From: Lytechinus pictus
Lineage: Eukaryota
DNA length: 64,000 nucleotides
Assembly: GCF_037042905.1 (NCBI RefSeq)
Contig: NC_087260.1
Span: forward strand, 21,700,001 to 21,764,000
Direction of reading: 5' to 3'
The notes under the pieces are model-generated. The model ran no database searches, was not told the origin of the DNA, and saw only the letters and a list, made by a program, of their open reading frames with translations. The position numbers were made by a program, and so were the translations under genes. Numbering within the stretch: position 1 is the first letter of the stretch; every line of letters begins with the position of its first letter. Below, piece by piece: positions 24,849 to 38,520 of this stretch.

Positions 24849-25839
24849 TATAATTGTCTCACCTGCATAGCAGAGTGAGACTATAGGCGCCGCTTTTCCG
24901 ACGGCGACGGCGACGGCGGCGGCGGCGGCGACGGCGACGGCGGCGGCGGCGTCAACACCAAATCTTAACCTGAGGTTAAGTTTTTGAAATGACAGCATAA
25001 CTTAGAAAGTATATGGACCTAGTTCATGAAACTTGGCCATAAGGTTAATCAAGTATTACTGAACATCCTGCCTGAGTTTCATGTCACATGACCAAGGTCA
25101 AAGGTCATTTAGGGTCAATGAACTTAGACCATGTTGGGGGAATCAACATCAAAATCTTAACCTAAGGTTAAGTTTTTGAAATGTCATCATAACTTAGAAA
25201 ATATATGGACCTAGTTCATGAAACTTATACATAAGGTTAATCAAGTATCACTGAACATCCTGCATGAGTTTCACGTCACATGACCAAGGTCAAAGGTCAT
25301 TTAGGGTCAATGAACTTTGGCTGAATTGGGGGTATCTGTTGAATTACCATCATAACTTTGAAAGTTTATGGATCTGATTCATGAAACTTGGACATAATAG
25401 TAATCAAGTATTACTGAACATCCTGTGCAAGTTTCAGGTCACATGATCAAGGTCAAAGGTCATTTAGGGTCAATGAACTTTGGCCAAATTGGGGTATTTG
25501 TTGAATTACAGCCATAAATTTGAAAGTGTTGGTCTAGTTCATAAAACTTGGACATAATAGTAATCAAGTATCACTGAACATCCTGTGCGAGTTACAGGTC
25601 ACATGATCAAGGTCAAAGGTCATGTAAGGTCAAAGAACTTTGGCCACGTTGGGGGTATTTGTTGAATTGCCATCATATCTCTATAAGTGTATTGGTCTAG
25701 TTCATAATTTAACGTGGAAATAAGAGTAACCAAGTATCACTGAACATCTTGTGCGAGTTAAAGTAGTTTTCAAAATCAGCACTGCTGCTATATTGAATCG
25801 CGTGATGCAGGTGAGACGGCCAGAGGCATTCCACTTGTT
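24849..25839 (+). mobile_element. Helentron-associated non-autonomous element (HINE/DINE-1-like)
   Basis: 5' GTCTCACCTGCA with short hairpin (GTCTCAC..GTGAGAC), (CGG/CGA)n microsatellite, about five 140-190-bp tandem units with CAAGGTCAAAGGTCA, 3' TGCAGGTGAGAC then CCACTTGTT. Confidence 0.75.
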
Positions 25840-27075
25840 TACTCATGCTTGTCAAATCTTAATTAATGTTTGGTTGTTTGGCCGCGCAATGTTTGCAAAT
25901 ATACTCATCTAAAATACTACCGCTTTCCTCACATGAGTGATTCTCATTGCTTTGAAATGAAAATGGGGATCCCATCTAGGGTACCTTTATTAATGATTAG
26001 GTCCACCTCCAACAACAAAAAACCGATTTGAATAAAAAGAAGAAAATCAAACAAGCCTTGTGCTGAAAATCTCACCAAAATCGGAGCTAAAATAAGGAAG
26101 TTGTGATATTTTAAACTTTCTCTTATTTTTCGCAAAAACAGTTCAAAGTACGACCCAACGACGTGTCACTCACTATTTCCCTTGCTTTTGTTTTGTTTTT
26201 ATTTTTTAATTACAAAATATTTCAAATTTTAAAAATATGACAATAAGGATCGTTTTCATTGAACCACACCATGCTAATACAATGGTAATTTCATCAAAAG
26301 TCATGTTTAGGGAAGACCAAAACTTTTTTTCACAAACAATGTGGAGAAAATAACATGTTTCAAATGATGAAATACAAAAGAAATAGATAATTCAGCCGTC
26401 TGGCTACGATGATAGTTTTTTTTTTAAATACATGCATGTACCTGTATTATCAAATATTACTAATATGTTTCTCGGTATTTCAATCTATAACTATCAGCAT
26501 AATTATCAATACCTCACAATATACTCTTACATTATGACTATAAATGCACCTTGAAGCATGGGATTACTTTTGTACAGGTAATCACCCTCCTTCTCGAATG
26601 TACCAGTATAATTTACAACCCCCCCCCCCCCCCATCCCACTCTCTTTGTTTGCGCTAATGAAAAAGAAACATGTGTTATGTTTATAATATTAAAGGCTTA
26701 ATTAATGATTGCAAAAGTTGGTAGAATTACACAATCAAAACTTTAATAATGGCAAAAATGCTGTCATGATGCAGTGAATATATTTTTTTTTAATTGATTA
26801 ATAAGTTTTTTTTTAACTGATGGTTATGATTTTTTTTTCGAAATATTAATGTTCAAGCTTGGGCGACCGGCTCGGAGCCAGAGCATTTTAGAAATTAATT
26901 TGATAATTAAAGATACTGAAGTATCTTAACAGTATTCGAAATGGAAGCCTTTTAACAGTGATATCACTCATTTGGAGATATAAGAATTTCAAATCTTTTT
27001 CTTGGAAGTTAGGGGCACATTTTCGGGGAGAGGATACCTCCCCTCCGGGATTGTGCCATTCCTGTGAGGGTTATA

Positions 27076-27242
27076 CACTGTAAAAAAAGTGCTAATTTAG
27101 AACTTAAAGTGCTTGTATAGTTACTGCACTGCGAGTGCTGATTTTCTAGTTTAAATTTGAACTAAAAACAGCACTCGCAGTGCAGTCACTATATTAATGC
27201 AAGCATTGTAAGTGCTAAATTAGCACTTCATTTTTTACAGTG
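27076..27242. mobile_element. Fully palindromic MITE with CACTG ends (EnSpm/CACTA-like)
   Basis: TA|CACTGTAAAAAA...TTTTTTACAGTG|TA; arms pair nearly to the centre (ACTGCACTGCGAGTGCTG / CAGCACTCGCAGTGCAGT). Confidence 0.8.
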
Positions 27243-27421
27243 TATGATTTCCTTGTTTTACCGACAGAGGTCTCTATTTAGCCTCATTACTTTGTCGGAT
27301 TCGGTGGTAATAATACACTTTTCTAGGCACAAATATTTTCGTCATTATTTCAATTTGTAATAATACGAGCTTTTTGACTCCCTGACAGCTGTGATATAAA
27401 AATAGGTCAATAACATCTTAC

Positions 27422-28115
27422 CTGAAATATTAGAAGATTGAATTACAAAATGGTTTTCCTGTAAAATCTTGGTTTCGACTGAAGGTTGGTGATATACCTT
27501 TCATTCTGTCGGATAGGGTTTCTAGTTCCGCGATGGCTTTGGCCGAAATGATGTCAGCTTACAAAAATGCCAGAAAATGCTTCTGCAACTTGTAAATATT
27601 GATAATCTATACTACACAACATCACTGTATAAATGGAGCGTAACATGGTTGATGATAATCGTCACAGTGTGGTTTAAATCACTTCTAAACCCCTATCATA
27701 GTCCATTAGCCATTAGCATACATCTCATAATATCGGACGGGAATTTAAAAAAAAAATCTAGACACGTTATTCATTCAGCACATCGCTACAGTCACACCAA
27801 GGCAACCGACTCCAAACCGACCAATAATATGTCGATGGAAATAACGTAATATCTTTAGCCGATCTGGAGTCAATTTAGCTGGTGTGACCGAGCATTATAT
27901 TGCGACACGATATTACATGCTACCAGCCTATTATCTGGTAGCAGCATTGTTGACACATCTCTCGAGTTTACTCGACCAAAAAGATAATAAAAAAATGGGG
28001 TTGTCAAATGAAAAGAATGTGGGGGGAGATCATCGGAGACGCTTTGACAATCCTGATATGGAAATTCTATTGGCAGTTTTTAGTTGAAGGCCGTGGCTTT
28101 TAATGGGGTAGATTT
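27422..28115 (-). promoter_or_regulatory. Putative non-coding first exon and promoter of GPCR paralogue 2
   Basis: Donor TTCAG|gtaag at 27422/27421; homologous to 1286-1810 (GTCCATTAGCCATTA, GGTTGTCAAATG, TTTGACAATCCT, AGGCCGYGGCTTTT). Confidence 0.6.
27788..27888. mobile_element. ~105-bp hairpin mini-MITE (other copies near 24085, 35546, 36165, 42933)
   Basis: GTCACACC...GGTGTGAC ends with internal GACTCCA/TGGAGTC inverted motif recurring at several sites. Confidence 0.65.
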
Positions 28116-30489
28116 TAGTTGTATATTACTTCCTCGGCGACATATATATCTACACTGCGAAGGCAATTGCCATGAATATCTGTAGTCTTCTCATTTTTTT
28201 TTATAAATATCTTTTTTTCAGCGGTGGATCCTTGGATCCAAAATAGAAGGGGTTGGCCTATTACAAAAAAAAAACCTTTGAATGTTCAGACAAAATACTC
28301 CCTGATAGCACAAACAATCAATCCATAAAAAAAAACAGGGAACACACTGCTGATGTTGTTTGTATTGTATGTTCATTTCGATTTGAACTTCAGCTTTATT
28401 TCACAAGCAAAATAGGCAAAATAAACAACATAAATACAAATAATGTTATCATGGCTATATACATTACGGACCGGTAGACAAAGAAGCTCATCCCTGAAAT
28501 AATACTACGAAACATTAATGTATAAACAAATGACAAATTACTAAAACAAACAAAGAAAACTAATTGTGTTCTACAATAATATGATCTGTGAAGCACACTT
28601 CAACAGGCCTGAAAGACCTTCTTACAAGGATTTTGTGTTTTTAATTTCTTTAGCAGTCAAAGCCCGGCCGAAGAGCTTCATTGGTACATCTCCCATATAA
28701 AATTATGAATTCAGTGTCGATTTTCTCCCCTTTCTGGTGCAAAGTTAGACACCAGGGGCCCGTTTCATAACTACTTACAACTATCGTAACTTTGCCATTA
28801 TTGTAACTGCCATGGAACCCTTAATTGTGATTGGATGCTCAGCCTTGTTGCCCCTTGTTGCCATGGTAGTTGCGATGATGCAAGGTTCTAAAATCCTTTA
28901 TGAACACGGCCTTTCTGCAATCGTAAGTGCAAAAATACCACACCAATTTTACCAATAACAATATTTGAATTCGGGTCTGTTTAGACACTCAACCGTGACA
29001 TGGAATTTAAACATCCCTTTTTGCTAACAATCAGATCAAATATTGTTTGAAAGCAATCAAAAACAAGTAAACAAAGATATTTACACATGGAAATAACTGT
29101 ATTTCTATCTCTCCCCTCTTTTTTTAATCCTCTGTCACTATCTCACCAATTTTTTTCTCCTCGTCCTCCCCCCACCTCTCCTTTGTTATATTTTCTCTCC
29201 CTCCTACTCCCCTTTCTCCCCCTCACACACACACTCTCTCTCTCTCTGTAACTTCCTCATGGAATGTCAAGAAACAGACATTTTATTACTCATGATTTTA
29301 TATAGTAATGTACATTTTTCTAACCATTTGTGATTAATGTTTATTTTTTTTTATCTTATATAGAATGCACTATCAAGGTGTTGGATCAAACAAAAACATT
29401 TCCGGTAATTTTGTTCATGCAAGCACACCATATAAGTTAATTTCCTTATTTTTGTAAAACTAACGCGTCGCATCTGTCCTCAAACGATTTGTGATATCGT
29501 CTTTTAACCATTTGTGATTATCGAATCTCTTTATTTCTTCAATTTTTATCTTCGATCGCACCATGAGGGCGTTGTTTCTCACAACAAACTAGTTGATCAA
29601 TGTTTCTTCTTACCGTTTGTTTTTATCGTGATTATAGAATCTTATTTCCTTTATTTTTGTTTTTATCTTGGAATTAAATCTTTACCATAGGATGTTAGAT
29701 CTTCCGAGGTGGATCTTCTCACCTTGGCGTTGTTCCGGGTTATTGATCTACTTTTAAGCATTTATTAATACTGAATATGACGTTACACATTCGTTTGGTT
29801 CACTTATCAGCAGGAATTAAATCAAAATCACAAGATATTTACTACTGTTAACTTAAATAGTATGAAAAGGGAGTTTGAGAGAGGGAGGGGGAGAGGGGAT
29901 AGGACCCCCCCCCCCTCCCGATCAGAAGAAGAGGGGCACGAGAAGAGACACAAATCAGAGGCAGGGAGGGAGAAAGAAAGATGCATGAGAGCTAGAAAAT
30001 AAAGATAGATAGAAAAATGAAGGGAGTTTGACTAACCAAAAGTCTGGAACTTATACCAAACCGAAATATTGTAAGATCAGATAAAAAATCATTCCTGACA
30101 GACTTGAGACTTGACATGTAAAGCTTAAGTAAACGACTCTTCAAATGTTTAGTGACTGATAAGTGTCGACAAGTGAAACTTAAACAGCAAATTAATGTGA
30201 AAAATAAGAAAATGTTCTTCGATCTCTATGAACATGATGAAGTTGGAGTCTCGATGTAACTTGATAACTTTTATAATATACCAAATTTATGATTTTTATT
30301 TTAAAGGTGATTAGTTGCAGGAAACCAAATAATGAGGAAGCAACCTGTACTGCTCGTGCGGTATGACAACTCTGCATTCACATAATCAAATATGTAAATG
30401 ATGTTTAAGGGTTCGAAGGTATTCTTAATCTCAATATTTGTGTATCATAATATCATGTTTATAATCTTTATGAACAACGGTACGCACCA

Positions 30490-30756
30490 GGGCCCCGTCT
30501 TACAAAGAGTTACGATTGATCCAATCAATCGTAACTCTATGGAAATCCATCAGTGTCATAATTTTTTCCATAGAAAATTTGCACAATGTCATTTGTAAAC
30601 AAAGAGAAGCACAGTGAATTTTCATGAAAACAATGAATGCGTGAATATACATCATAGTTAGAAAATATTTTGAACAAACAATGTATTTTAGATGTTGACG
30701 TTGCTGGCCTTCCATAATTGTGATCGATCGGATCAATCGTAACTCTTGGTAAGATG
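30490..30756. mobile_element. PIF/Harbinger-type MITE, right end truncated
   Basis: GGGCCCCGTCTTACAAAGAGTTACGATTGATCC start; same family as 63407-63675. Confidence 0.7.
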
Positions 30757-33157
30757 TAGTCCGGCAGCCCAGGAGGTTTATTTAACCGAAAGCCGGACAA
30801 GCAAATGACCCCATAGCTGGATGGCATAGACCCTGACGTTTACAAAAATGCATTGCTGCCGGGTTCTATTCGTGGTCTTCCCTCCAAAATGACGTAATAT
30901 ATGACGTCACTACAAAATGGCCCTATTTCACTATTTTTCAGACATTTTACACATAGCATGAAGTCAAGGGAGAATATCTCAGCCAAACCATGCTTGTTTT
31001 GTATGAAACTTTCAAAATATATTGTTCAAATAATGCATAAGAGATATGCAAAATTTCACGAACAGATATTATTGTTTACATATGCAAATTACGTAATGAA
31101 ATTTGCATATCATTAGTTTGGGAGATTTTTTGCATCAAAAATTTTCGAGAATCGATTCAGAAATTTATTTTCTTTTTTAGTGTACTTTATTTGATATATT
31201 TCCTCTTAAGCATAATATCATTCTCTTTATCTATATCTCTACTTTTAGAAAATATATGTCAGTAATTGGAAATGACATTATAGACTGTGATTTCAGCCCC
31301 CTTTTCAATATGGTGCGCACATAGAAATCGTGCGTTTTGGGCTTATTTTCACCATATAGCTGAGGTGTGCGAACGATATGCCTACTTTATTGATGCTTCC
31401 TGCATTTTGCATGATATTAAATCTTCCTAACAACATATTTTCATCTCCATTATGTCTCTGCTGATAAATAAATGATTTCAGCAAAGATTGATTGCCCACT
31501 GGGCAGTCTATAGGCTTCGTTTTTAGCCTAGTTTTCAACAAAGAACCTATACCATGTATGACTGCATTATTGTAGTCGATTCGGAAATGGGAGTTCCTTT
31601 GCACCATCATAATATATTTTTCACTCAACGTTTTTGTATTTGCCTGAAGTGTCTAGTTAATGAATCTTGATGTTCACTTCGCAAAATCGTGTCCAACGGG
31701 GTTCAAAATTGATATATTTGGCGGTCCTCTTGGATTTTTTTAATGAAAAGTAATTATTTTCATATTTTTTGCACAAAGTGTGACAATGGGACAATCTTAA
31801 ATGAATAAGCATTTACAGGAGATTTGCACATCGCGGGCACATCGTCTCGCTGAAAACACAAAGGTGCATATTGAATTCTTAAGTGAATTATCATGTCATG
31901 ATGAGTAGGCCTATATATTATATTATATTATGCTAAAAAAACAACTTTAAACTGTCATATACATTCTAGATGTGCACGTGGTTGCTGGTTTCTATAGTTG
32001 CGAATAATTGGATCAATCGCTATTCGTAATACGGGGTCCTTGGTTTTAGAAAAATATTTTAGAAAAAAAATTGAGCTTTGGACGATGGGACATAAAAAAA
32101 ACTCAAGGTTTAACTTATCTTGCTTTTAATAATTATATTTCACTCGTTTCGTGTAATTTAATAATTTCTAAATCAACCTTAACATTTTTTGCGATTTGAA
32201 ACGATTAATGATCGCGCTAAATTTTAGTGAGTTATCAGAGTGCGGCTGCGTACAATATTTTCAGTCAGATCTGCATTACTTTCAAACAGTAATAAAAGTT
32301 AAAGATATCCAGGGCAATCATCGCTTCCATACGCGCTTCTTTATTCTTTATGTATGTCTATACAAAATCAAGCACAGGATATCTTGTCGTAAATATTAAT
32401 AACAGTGAATAAGGTCAACTGGGGTATATGCTGGTCGTTCATTCCTCTTGATAGAGTCGGTACAGAGAATGTCTGGTCATCATAATCGTTCGATTATGAC
32501 TGTAAAGTATATAGACCTACATGAGCCAGGACAAATTTTCAGTATGTTCTTCAAAGTATGGACCAGTTCCTTCAATTTAAATTTTAAAAATAAGAATAAA
32601 ATTGCCTCCTGAATAGGGTTATTTATTTCGCTCACTCGCATGTATCCTCAAACATCGTCCGCATTTTTGTGATTGAATATTTTTCAATGCAAAGTCATTT
32701 TTTTATAAACATTTAACATAATAATGCTTGTCACTGACATGAAACTTTTGGTCCGATACATAACCCCGTCACTCAATGTATTTTGCCAAATTTTAAGCAT
32801 GATTCCTGCGATTTAAAAAGATATCGCCACATGGGGTCGAGGGGGAAAGACGGAGAAAGGTAAGAAAGCAGAAAGAATGGAATATATAAACAATCTATAA
32901 TAAAATTAATTTAATGGAAATAGGACATCCACTCTGGGTCGTCTTATATCCCCTAATACCCAGTTTCCACTGCCACGATTCGCGCCATGATTCAAACGGC
33001 GGTCTTAATCGTGGAGAAATCGTAATGATCGTATCAGATCTTATCAGATCGTATCAGATAAGTCGTGGCAGTCGTCTTGATCGTAGAAAACTTTTGAATG
33101 ATTCAAAAATTTCCGCGATCCGTTCCGAAAGGCCAATCGTGGCGTTCGTAACGAATC

Positions 33158-33500
33158 GGGCGCATCGTGGTCTAGTGGTTCTGACTCTTGCCTTTCAAAC
33201 AGAGGGTCATGGGTTCGAATCCTAGCCATGGTTTTCCTTCAGCAAGAAATTTATCCACACTGCGCTGCACTCGACCCAGGTGATCGAGGTGAATGGGTAC
33301 CCGGCAGGATTAATTCCTTGAATGTTTGAGCGCCTAGGCAGCCCAGCTAAAGCCGGGGTAATTAGCAGGGCCCGCTGGGAGAACGGATTTCGGAACGGAA
33401 GTGGCTACCCAGGGTAAATATACCGCTATCATCATTATCATTATTATTATTATTATCATTATTATTAATATTATTATTATTTTTATTATTATTATTATTA
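33158..33500 (+). mobile_element. tRNA(Glu)-derived SINE with (ATT)n tail
   Basis: A box TGGTCTAGTGG, CTTTCAA anticodon-like loop, B box GGTTCGAATCC, conserved core, TTA-repeat tail. Confidence 0.88.
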
Positions 33501-36248
33501 TATACGATCGACAGTGGTAGCGAGGTATTACATAGTATCATGACACCGTATCTGATAATAAGCACCTCTGCTTGAAAAAAAAAACTGAAAAGAAAAAAGT
33601 TGAACTAACTAAAAATTTGTCATAATTAATTGACGGGCTAAATACATCAGAACAAGAATTGTTCACATTTTGTGCAATAAAAGTTTGATACTAAACTGAT
33701 TGACTCTCATGGCCAAAGGTCGTATTTTGAAAATTTTGGTAGGTATCACAAATACAATAGATGTTGACGACTTCGAAATTGCGACAAAACACGATTGTGC
33801 GTTGATAATAGAGCTGGTTTGGGGGCCTTTATGAAGCAAACTTTACAAATCTAGAAAGACACATTACTCTAGCAAAAATGATTGTTTAAATAAAATGTGA
33901 TTGAATGGAGTTGGGGTGCGTATTAGAGTTCAAAGTACTCGAAAATAAGCATCAAATTTCAACTCCGGATTTCAACATGTATTGAATGGGTGTTATATGA
34001 TAGAAGCTATATATACGGTTTCTTAAGGCTCGTAAAATTTCCATGTTTGCTTGAATCTGCAGTATTTTGTAGCTGGCACAAGCGTTGTGGATAAAATGAT
34101 TTTCTGTTCAAGTTGCTTTTAATATTCTGTTTCTTGAGGGATCGCGTTGCATCATGTAAATCTAGGTCCGGTTGGTTTGGTTGAGTTTATAGCACTGATC
34201 CGGGCTTGCGTTGCTTCTTAATCTTAATTAATAAGGAAGGGCATGGCTATGAGTGTCAATTCATTTTAAATCCTGTTCAGCTATTCGTCGTCATTGATCA
34301 TTTAACAATTAGCTGGGTAAGTATTACACCGAATAAGGAGTAGATTTTTTTGTCATTGGGATGAGACGGGTTTCGGATGTAGATTCAGCTAGTTCCTTCC
34401 GCGGAAGGTGTCTGATTCAGAGAGGGGATGTATGATACGAGAGGGGGTGTATGATTAACGTGCAATTAAGGTACATGGATGTAATAGCAATGTTTTTGTG
34501 TTTTTTATTCTTACTTGTCAAGTTAACTTAGCTTACACTGCAACAAGTCTGATGATAGATCACCAATTTTGGTATTTCATTGGAAACCCGTCTGCGTAGG
34601 TATTGCGATGTTTTTCTTAAAATTTCGCAAGATCTGAAAAAGAAAAAACGAGAAAAAAGAGACGGAAAAAAATATATTTATAAAAAAATGTATAATTTTT
34701 AATATAGGATCTGATTGGTTTAACTCTAATTTTTTCCTATTATTCAAATGCGAAAAAAATGACGTCACCGTTTCGTCGTCTTGCCCACCCCTCCCCCTAT
34801 CAAAATACACTGACGTTACCCATGCATGGATGTACTTAAATATTTTGATTTGGGTGATTACTTTTTGTTGTTATTGATTTTATCCTCAACAAGAACAAAG
34901 ATCTTTGCAACTTTGTAACACAATATATATGGCATTTAGGATAAAATTACCACCATAAGCATGATAAGGCCAAGCAGTTCCCAACGTACCATTCACAGTC
35001 ATACGTGTTCAAGGTTTACATGGTAATGTTGTACTCCAGTGTTATTTAAAGGTACCCCTATAAATAATGCAGGTTACCATGTCCAAGGTTTTAAAATTTG
35101 ATAAGCTGGAATGATTGGAAATCGTAATATCGGGTGTCATTCTTTCCCCGTATAAATAAAAAGGGGAATCTTCGGGGACTACACGGAAGATGTCATGACT
35201 ACACGTGTTACACTACTATTATCATTTAAAATGTCTAAATACAGTAATTTTGATAGTTAAAAAAGATATTTATTCTGCAAGGCAGGAAGCTGTTTTACCA
35301 CCTGTTGGAACCATAATAAAACATTGTAGATAATATAGGGAAGAGGAATATAAGATTGCACAAGAGAGGAATACCTTGGCAATACATCTCCAGAAATGGG
35401 AAAAGGTTGATTTAGAGTAACAAATGGATGCGTATAGTTTTGTGATACATGTATGATTTGTTTGACTATGAATATATTGAAATAAAAAAATTGTTTCAAA
35501 AAAGAAAATACATTCTTCAAAATATTTTTTGGTAGTGCCGCATTGCAGTCACACAGGTGAATCAGACTCCAGTACGACTAAATCTATTACGTTATTTGCA
35601 ATGATGTACCAGCAGTCGGTTTGAGTCGGGTTTCGTTGATGTAACTGAAGCATCATTAATTCGCGGATTCTCTTAGTGCCGATAACTAGTTAATTAGTCA
35701 AGGACCGGATGATCTTGTTCAATCGTTATGGAATTATTTACTGCTCACTATTCGTCTGCTTTCGAGGAGTCCGATGTTGATAAGATTTTTCTCTATCCTA
35801 GATCCATTGGCATGACGATAATGGCCAACATCCCCCAAAATAAATGAATAAAATAATAATAATAATAATAATAGAATGAATGAACAAATAGATAAATAAA
35901 TAAACATAAATAAATAATTATACATATATGAATAAATAAATAGATATATAAATAAATAAATAAATAAATTAATTAATTAAATTAAGATAATACACAACTT
36001 AGCTAATAAAACCTGAACATGCTAAAAATGCTTGTGTCATTGTCATGATTATTAGCATAATCAATATACCCCTAGGTTTCTAATTGTGTTGATTGGACTT
36101 CTGATCAGGACTAGATTAAGTTATAAGGAGCCTTTTTTAAAACTGCCAGACCTTCGAAGTTGATTACACACCGCGACGACAGGTTATTACCGATGATCAC
36201 CATAGGTCGGTTTGGAGTAGGTTTCGTTTGTGTGACTGTAAGTTAAAA

Positions 36249-36693
36249 AGGGGAAGTTCACCCTGAAGAAAAGTTTGTTGCAAAATAGCAGAAAAGATTA
36301 TATAAAATATTGGTGAAGGTTTGAGGAAAATCCATTAAAGTATAAAAAATTCTAAGTTTTGGATTGTGACGTCATAAACGAGCAACTGCCCCATTAGTTC
36401 GTGAGGATTTATTTTTGGTTTTCTTTTTAGGAACGGGTGTGAAATAATTTGTTTATTGCAGTGAATGTGCAGTAAAAACCATTTTCAATTTTCTGAGCAA
36501 ATGACTTTTCATTGATTTTTTTTACCGTATGATATGTAGGGAAGCTGCTCGCATATGACGTCACAAATCAAATGATTAAAACTCTAATGACTTTTTTATT
36601 CTTTGATGGATTTTTATCCAACATTCTGCACTATTTGTTATTGTTTTTCTTGCTATTTTTACAATAAACTTTTTGTCAGGGTGAACTTTCCCT
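36249..36693. mobile_element. Kolobok-type MITE
   Basis: AGGGGAAGTTCACCCTGA ... TCAGGGTGAACTTTCCCT|TTAA. Confidence 0.75.
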
Positions 36694-37199
36694 TTAATTA
36701 CAGAGGGGTCTTTGGAGCATTCATGTCACATCAGCACACTGAAATACATGACCAGTGGAGAGAAAAGCTCTTCAAACGGATGTCTAGCTCACACGCTGAT
36801 CATTAATTATTTTTTTATCTAAAGCATTCGTGTCAAGCTCGTTTAACTTCCGCAGATTCATTGAGATTGAAAAGGCTCCCCGTGCCCCCTCACAATAGAC
36901 AAATATCGTGTTTTGATTTAAAATGGTTGATGACATTGTGCCTTCACCATATTCACGTGAAGTTATAAATTATTTGGAAATTTCTTGTTGATATTTTTAA
37001 AAGAGAATCTGCTTTTCTGTCCTTGCTCTTCCTACCCCACCCTATACTTTCTATCTCTCTCTCACACACGCATATTCTCTCTCAGGACTCGACACTCCAT
37101 TTCACACACTTTCCATCTCACCTTCATTCTTCATCTCTGTCTCCATCTATCTCTCTACCTTTCTCTCTACCTTTCTCTCTTTCCTTATCCATCTCACAC

Positions 37200-38520
37200 A
37201 CAGTTCCAACTTGAGCCTTCATTTTACACACCCTTGTTCCTGATTCTCTCACACACCCTCCCTCCCGACTCGATCCTCCATTTCACACACCCTCCTCACT
37301 CCTGATTCTCTCACACACCTTCCTTCCCGACTTTACCCTCCATTTTACACACCCTGACTTCTCCCTCTCACATCCCTCTCACACACCCTCCCTCCTGTCA
37401 CCGTCCCTCTCACACACCCTGCCTCCCGATTTTACCCTCCATTTCACACACCCTCCCTCCCGACTCGACCCTCTCATACACCCTCCCTCCCGACTCAACC
37501 CTCCATTCCACACTCCCTCATTCCTGATTCCCTCCCGACTAGACCCTCCATTTCACACACCCTCCCTCTCACACCTCCTCCCTCCCGACTTTACCCTCCA
37601 TTTCACACACCCTCCCTCCCGACTTTACCCTCCATTTCGCACACCCTCCCTCTCACACATCCTCCGTCCCGACTTTACCTTCCATTTCACACACCCTCCC
37701 TCCTAACTCCCTCCCTCTCACACACCCTCCCTCCCGACTCGACCCTCCATTTCACACACCGTCACTCCCGACTTTACCCTCCATTTCACACACCCTCCAT
37801 CCCGACTTTACCTTTCATTTCACACACCCTCCCTCCCGACTTTACCCTCCATTTCGCACACCCTCCCTCTCACACACTCTCCCTCCCGACTTTACCCTCC
37901 ATTTCGCACACCCTCCCTCTCACACACTCTCCCTCCCGACTTTACCCTCCATTTCACACACCCTCCCTCCCGACTTTACCCTCCATTTCGCACACCCTCC
38001 CTCTCACACACTCTCCCTCCCGACTCAACCCTCCGCCTTTTTACACTCCCTCATTCCTGATTCCCTCCCGATTCGACCCTCCATTTCACACACCCTCCCT
38101 CCTGACCAACTCCCTCTCACACACTCTCCCTCCCGACTCAACCCTCCGCCTTTTTACACTCCCTCATTCCTGATTCCCTCCCGATTCGACCCTCCATTTC
38201 ACGCACCCTCCCTCCTGACCAACTCCCTCTCACACACCCTCCCTCCCGACTCAACCCTCCGCCTTTTCACACTCCCTCATTCCTGATTCCCTCCCGACTC
38301 GACCCTCCATTTCACACACCGTCACTCCCGACTTTACCCTCCATCCCGACTTTACCTTCCATTTCACACACCCTCCCTCTCACGCACCCTCCCTCCCGAC
38401 TCAACCCTCCGCCTTTTTACACTCCCTCATTCCTGATTCCCTCCCGACTCGACCCTCCATTTCACACACCGTCACTCCCGACTCGACCCTCAATCTCACA
38501 CACCATCCCTCCCAACTAGA
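37200..38520. repeat. C-rich, G-poor minisatellite
   Basis: Variable ~30-50-bp units built on CCCTCCCTCCCGACTTTACCCTCCATTTCACACA. Confidence 0.92.

Noticed and set aside
24960-25760. CRISPR-like array
   Set aside because: Units repeat over their whole length with no unique spacers; eukaryotic context; no cas genes.
31305-31628. 107-aa ORF, possible transposase remnant
   Set aside because: No recognisable domain by eye; needs an HMM search.
33158-33230. tRNA-Glu gene (also 62673)
   Set aside because: Acceptor stem does not close and the sequence continues into a shared SINE body and simple-repeat tail.
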